A DNA stretch of 52,277 nucleotides from an uncultured Methanosarcinales archaeon (GTDB taxonomy: Archaea > Nanobdellota > Nanobdellia > Woesearchaeales > CAYVYK01), in assembly GCA_964455675.1 (NCBI GenBank), contig CAYVYK010000005.1, forward strand, positions 62,001 to 114,277. Reading direction: 5' to 3'. Below, in pieces: positions 47,781 to 52,277 of the stretch. Both the position numbers and the translations under genes were made by a program. Position 1 is the stretch's first letter, and every line of letters begins with the position of its first letter. The notes beneath the pieces were generated by a model. That model was not told the DNA's origin, did no database searches, and saw only the letters and a program-made list of their open reading frames with translations.

Positions 47781-49950
47781 GAGTAGGAAGGGCATTTATT
47801 CGATCGTCTCCACGTATGTCCTCATCATTATCGTTGTCGTCTGCATTATGATGGTTTTTTTTCTGAATAATACACTTCTGAAATATAAGGACGCGCAGTC
47901 ACAGGCGCTTGTTGAGCGTAGCGAATTCCGTCACATTCGCGATCGTATGTTCCACTGTTTTGGTACGGTTCTTGATCCTAGCCTGCTCGTGCAGAATATC
48001 TCCTGTATCGGCCTGCAGGGGGATCAGGGCATATCCGTGAGGAGGATTCCTTACAGCGATTGCCCGACATCTCCGGTGCGGGAGCTCAATTTCCGAGGGT
48101 TTGGGAGAGTAGAGCATTATCACGTATCCATGTTTGGTCACAATCAGAGCACGGTATGTCCAGCTGTGCTCTCCATCTATGAGCATGCTGTTGTCGTGCC
48201 GTTGATCCTGAATGCCAGCGTTTCGCCGCTGATCTCGGTGAAGCCCTCGCCTTTCACTGCGAGTGTTTCCTATTTCCAGACGAAGGACCCAAGCTATCTG
48301 AACATCTCCATTCGTAATGCAGGAATTGTGCGGCAGAACCTAGGAAGTGGTCCCTTGCTTCACAGTGCAAGTCCATTCATCACATCGATCAACAGTGCGC
48401 TTCTCGATCCCGGGCTCTATCTTGTTTCGGTCATTGCGACGCATGATCGAGAATTTTTTGACACCACTGATGATATAGCTCGATTCCGAGTTGTCGATCC
48501 TCTTGATGCGCCAATAATCAACAGTGTCACAGTAACTCCAAGATCAGGTTCCATCTATGATTATTACACGGTGCAGGTGAACATTTCTGACTACCTTGCG
48601 CTCGCATCCGTGAATGTTGACATTCTCGAGGCGGGAGTTGTTGTCAGTACGTTTCCGCTCGCTGAGATCTCATCAAATTTTGACAAGAACGAGCTCGTAT
48701 ACAATTACGTCTATCGGGGTGCATGGGATGCTTCGTCCATGCCAAACGAAAACAGGACATACGACGTAAGGGTTACAGCAACCAACTCGCTCGGTAATCC
48801 CTCCATCGCGGCTGGAGGATCGATCAATACCTCGCAGCTGCTCTCCCTAGTCCTCATCGTCACGAATTCCCGTGTCGCTAGCGCGTACCCTGCCGATATC
48901 TCAGCATACCGCGCGGCACTTACAACCGATGGATATGGGAGCATTCTTCTGCGGCTTGATACAAACGATGTGCAGCTCTGTGATGCCGCGCTTTCCCCTG
49001 CGGCCGGCCCAACAATTGAACAGGATGACGCGCTCGTGCTCATTCCTCAGTGTATCACGAAATATGATGCAAAGTACGTGCTCATCCTCGGAGGTCACGC
49101 GCAGGTTGAGCAATACCTCGGGGGAAAATACGATCAATGGGATTATTACACGGACGATTATTACGCAGACACGATTGGGGGCGATGGAAGGCCCGATGTC
49201 CCGATAGGGAGAATTCCCGACGGGAATCCACCGGGCGATGATACCGTCCAGAAAGGCTTGATTACTGCAACCGGTATGCATGTGAGTCGTGGCTGGGCGG
49301 CTGGCGGCACGCACTATTCCTGGAATCTTGATGTTCCCTACGGCCACAAGAGCCCGAATGTGATTGCGTTGGAATGCTCAAACCGCGCCGCTTCGCCAGA
49401 GGATGAACAAACCTGTGGCGCGGATTCCCATTGTTACTTTGCGCCTCCTCACAGTAGTTCGGGCGGAAGGACGCCCCCGGATTGGGCCTTACGGACTGAT
49501 CTCGTGTACATTTGCGGTCATGGGAATGAGTTTGGCCTGCAGACTATTCATGATCATGGCGGTGGTCGCATGGGTGATGCAAGCACGATCGCCGGGCGTG
49601 ACTTCACAGGTACTGTACTTTTCTACAATCCATGCTTTGGGGGTAAGATCGACAATCGCAGGCTTGATGAATCCTCGATCATGCAAGGATTCCAGAAGGG
49701 AGTGGTTGCCATCTTTGCAGGCACAACGCCTCAGACATTCATGCCCAATAATGGTGCGTGCAGTTCGTTTCCTGTCACAAACGGCGTTGGCACAGGAACG
49801 ACATATCTCGCAAACCTCGCGTACGAAATCAATCGCGAGAGTCCAAAGACACTTGGTGATGCATGGCAGAAGCAGCACAACCTCTGTCCGGACAAGGTAC
49901 AGCGCGAGCATAATGTGATGTATGGAGATCCCTCCATCAGGGTGAAATAA
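47770..49950 (+). CDS. Class III signal-peptide protein with Ig-like domains and a C-terminal peptidase C25 (gingipain-like) domain
   Basis: RKG/IYSIV; YVLILGG, TDDYYA, PIGRIP, GHG, PC, YGDPS. Confidence 0.8.
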   Translation: MENRSRKGIYSIVSTYVLIIIVVVCIMMVFFLNNTLLKYKDAQSQALVERSEFRHIRDRMFHCFGTVLDPSLLVQNISCIGLQGDQGISVRRIPYSDCPTSPVRELNFRGFGRVEHYHVSMFGHNQSTVCPAVLSIYEHAVVVPLILNASVSPLISVKPSPFTASVSYFQTKDPSYLNISIRNAGIVRQNLGSGPLLHSASPFITSINSALLDPGLYLVSVIATHDREFFDTTDDIARFRVVDPLDAPIINSVTVTPRSGSIYDYYTVQVNISDYLALASVNVDILEAGVVVSTFPLAEISSNFDKNELVYNYVYRGAWDASSMPNENRTYDVRVTATNSLGNPSIAAGGSINTSQLLSLVLIVTNSRVASAYPADISAYRAALTTDGYGSILLRLDTNDVQLCDAALSPAAGPTIEQDDALVLIPQCITKYDAKYVLILGGHAQVEQYLGGKYDQWDYYTDDYYADTIGGDGRPDVPIGRIPDGNPPGDDTVQKGLITATGMHVSRGWAAGGTHYSWNLDVPYGHKSPNVIALECSNRAASPEDEQTCGADSHCYFAPPHSSSGGRTPPDWALRTDLVYICGHGNEFGLQTIHDHGGGRMGDASTIAGRDFTGTVLFYNPCFGGKIDNRRLDESSIMQGFQKGVVAIFAGTTPQTFMPNNGACSSFPVTNGVGTGTTYLANLAYEINRESPKTLGDAWQKQHNLCPDKVQREHNVMYGDPSIRVK

Positions 49951-50747
49951 TGGATGAATCACCGATGCGGCAAAACGTGATCACACTCCTTGTGGTCGTG
50001 CTCCTCATTGCGGGAGCTTTTACTTACTTCCTTTTGCGGGATTCGGAGGAGCTATTCTGCGGAGATGGCGTGTGCAACGAGCGAGCTTGTTGTACTGACT
50101 GTGGGTGTGACCCTGGATTCGAATGCGTTGACAATTCGTGCTCTGCGCCCGATGTATGTGGCGATGGCAAGTGCGATGATGGTGAGCTCTGTTGCGAGGA
50201 CTGTGGTTGTCCTGATTCCATGTGGTGCAATGAGGTATCCCAGGTCTGCGAGTCATCGCGATCATCTCAGTGCGGCAACCAGATTTGTGACGCTGGAGAA
50301 GATTCAATGAACTGCTGCCTTGACTGTGGATGCGTACAGAGCGGCACCGCGTGTGATAAGAACCTTAATGTGTGCGAGTTGCGCGGAACAGCACGGATTT
50401 GTGGGGATGGCCGTTGTGATTTCGGTGAGAATATTAATCTCTGCTGCGAGGACTGCGGGACGTGCGACATTGGCACGCGCTGCAATGCCGATTCCCACAA
50501 GTGCGAAGTGATCGCTGTTGCGATCGATCGTGCGCAGGCGATCACGACATTTAAGCTCTACCTTATCGGCCTTGGCGAGTCCGGCCGTGACCTTGAAAGT
50601 TATCGATGGGATGCGTATCCTGACACATTCGAGGGAAATCCGGTGCTGCGGGTCTGTAACGTGCCGGAGAGCGGAATCCCTGCGGGTCGTACATGCGGAA
50701 AAGTCTCGACTGAATACAAGGTTGTCGAACATGTGAGGTACTGGTAG
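49950..50747 (+). CDS. Membrane-anchored Cys-rich repeat surface protein
   Basis: Four CG(D/N)..C...CC.DCG repeats. Confidence 0.8.
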   Translation: MDESPMRQNVITLLVVVLLIAGAFTYFLLRDSEELFCGDGVCNERACCTDCGCDPGFECVDNSCSAPDVCGDGKCDDGELCCEDCGCPDSMWCNEVSQVCESSRSSQCGNQICDAGEDSMNCCLDCGCVQSGTACDKNLNVCELRGTARICGDGRCDFGENINLCCEDCGTCDIGTRCNADSHKCEVIAVAIDRAQAITTFKLYLIGLGESGRDLESYRWDAYPDTFEGNPVLRVCNVPESGIPAGRTCGKVSTEYKVVEHVRYW

Positions 50748-51881
50748 ATGGCGACTCTTGAGGATATTGTTGCGGGCGTCCTTGTCCTTGTCGTATTTCT
50801 TGTCGCTGGTTTATTCATGACGAGCCAGTATTCGCGGGCCATTGCCGATAAGGACCGTTTGTGGATACTCTATGACCAGGAGAACAAATACTCTTCCATG
50901 TTTGATTCTCTTCTTCTCGTGACTGAGCAGGAGACAGGAAGGTCGTTTGGCGATCTTCTTGGGAGTGCAGCGTACTACCGTGATGATCTTATTTTGACGA
51001 CTGGAGGGCAGATGCGGATTGAAGCAGAGTTTAAGGAACTCCTTGATGCTGCTTTCCCTTCGCAGAACTACTATGTTGAGGTTGAGGCTCCTTTGCAGCA
51101 GTTTGAGCTAGTTTTTATCGTGGACGGTTCTGATACCATGAAGGATGAGTCACTCTACCTCGCGAATTATTCCACGGCGATCGCGGAGTCTGCGCAGAAT
51201 GCGACTGGCATTCCTGTGACGATGCTTGCGTATATCTTGAGTTATCCTAATCTGACTTGGTGCGATAACTATACATCGATGGCGTGCGAGTACTACACTC
51301 CTGACATGATATACGTGAATGATACATACACTGTCTTTGATCTTGTGAAAAAGCAGAAAAAACTCGAAAAGCCGTATCATTATTATGACGAGCCTGAGGT
51401 TTGGATGTCTGATTGGGAGACTGCTCTCTCATCGCTCGTGCTGTTCCATCAAGGGACTGACTTGAACATCGGGCGTGTTTATCTTCCGTTGACGGATGGT
51501 CTTCCATCATCAACGCAGTTCTTCTATCCCTGTCCCAAGGATTACGCAACGAGCATATTGGTGCGTGATGTGGACATTTTGCGCGAATCAAACGTGATCG
51601 TGGATCCGGTTTTCTCGACGACCGGGGATCCCGTCATGTATTGTGATCCGTATGTTATTGATCATATGAATACGCTCATGCACTTCAATAATGGTGTCGT
51701 GATCAAGAATCAGGATAATCTTATGCGTCAGCTTCCTGGCGCGCTGCTTGAGAATCTTGATCAGTTGAAGATTCGGATTGGTGAGAAGAGGATGGGGCGC
51801 GCGTTTGCCATAGAGCGCAAACTCCCCATGCCGAATGGTGACTTGGCGAATGCGAGGTTGTATATCTATGATCAGGAATAG
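50748..51881 (+). CDS. Pilin-like protein with an inserted vWA domain
   Basis: N-terminal TM; VDGSDTM and LTDG MIDAS-like motifs. Confidence 0.7.
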   Translation: MATLEDIVAGVLVLVVFLVAGLFMTSQYSRAIADKDRLWILYDQENKYSSMFDSLLLVTEQETGRSFGDLLGSAAYYRDDLILTTGGQMRIEAEFKELLDAAFPSQNYYVEVEAPLQQFELVFIVDGSDTMKDESLYLANYSTAIAESAQNATGIPVTMLAYILSYPNLTWCDNYTSMACEYYTPDMIYVNDTYTVFDLVKKQKKLEKPYHYYDEPEVWMSDWETALSSLVLFHQGTDLNIGRVYLPLTDGLPSSTQFFYPCPKDYATSILVRDVDILRESNVIVDPVFSTTGDPVMYCDPYVIDHMNTLMHFNNGVVIKNQDNLMRQLPGALLENLDQLKIRIGEKRMGRAFAIERKLPMPNGDLANARLYIYDQE

Positions 51882-52277
51882 GCGAGGAAACGTCTTTGTC
51901 GTCTTGCTTCTCGTAGTTCTCGCTCTTGGCCTCTTTCTCGTATTGACAAGGTTTACCTCCCATAAGGAGATTATCCGTGACAATACGCCTCAAGCAGTTA
52001 CGGAGTCAGACACGGCAGTGAGGAAGGCCGTCTTTACGGGCGTGGGTAAAGCGATGCATGAAGGTCTTGCCTTGCAGGATAAGGCGTGGTTTTGCAACCG
52101 GCCGCTCCCCCCAAGCTATTTGGAGGCGAATCTCTCGCTCAAGCAGTATACCGAGGTCATGCTCAGTCACTACTATGAAGGATTGCAGCGTGAGGGGTAT
52201 TATGAGCATTTTGATGATATTTTTTACAACATCAGTTTTCCGGCGATTGATAATGCGACGATCAAGATTCCTGGAAA
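51868..52277 (+). CDS. Class III signal-peptide protein (3' end outside window; absent from the ORF track)
   Basis: Hand translation MIRNRRG/NVFVVLLLVVLALGLFLVL..., open to the window end. Confidence 0.7.
   Translation, partial: MIRNRRGNVFVVLLLVVLALGLFLVLTRFTSHKEIIRDNTPQAVTESDTAVRKAVFTGVGKAMHEGLALQDKAWFCNRPLPPSYLEANLSLKQYTEVMLSHYYEGLQREGYYEHFDDIFYNISFPAIDNATIKIPG

Overview
Archaeal genomic scaffold, most consistent with a DPANN (Woesearchaeota/Pacearchaeota-like) organism. Evidence: archaeal ftsZ context, TATA-type promoters, TrmB, Lrp and AbrB-PhoU regulators, archaeal TctA, and a class III signal-peptide cluster. There are two 100-N gaps (3749-3848, 7936-8035). In order, the window holds: the ftsZ 3' end with small neighbours, a Nudix hydrolase and ahpC; a tandem of three secreted Cys-rich peptides plus a secreted helical protein; a large NrtR-controlled NAD salvage cluster (pncB, pncA-like, GNAT, nadE, Nudix, NadM-like, Ser/Thr kinase, vWA, pyruvate-kinase-like barrel, nucleoside hydrolase, NAD kinase) with GT-N7-AC operators; tctA; a CbbQ/CbbO-like pair; a liv ABC locus; a Wza-like lipoprotein; an AbrB-like / kinase-TM-lytic-transglycosylase-like / ADP-ribosyltransferase-like operon; mtnC; and a pilin-like cluster that includes a gingipain (C25) fusion. 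The headline feature is at 23226-26467. A 576-aa IS110/TIGR-Tas-like Nop-domain protein, with a degenerate RuvC and a large Zn-anchored insertion, is flanked on both sides by arrays totalling 23 stem-loops. Three stem classes cycle A-B-C with a ~180-nt period, and each stem closes a unique 27-30-nt loop. This is a candidate RNA-guided system. All family calls are from motif recognition by eye; no database search was run.
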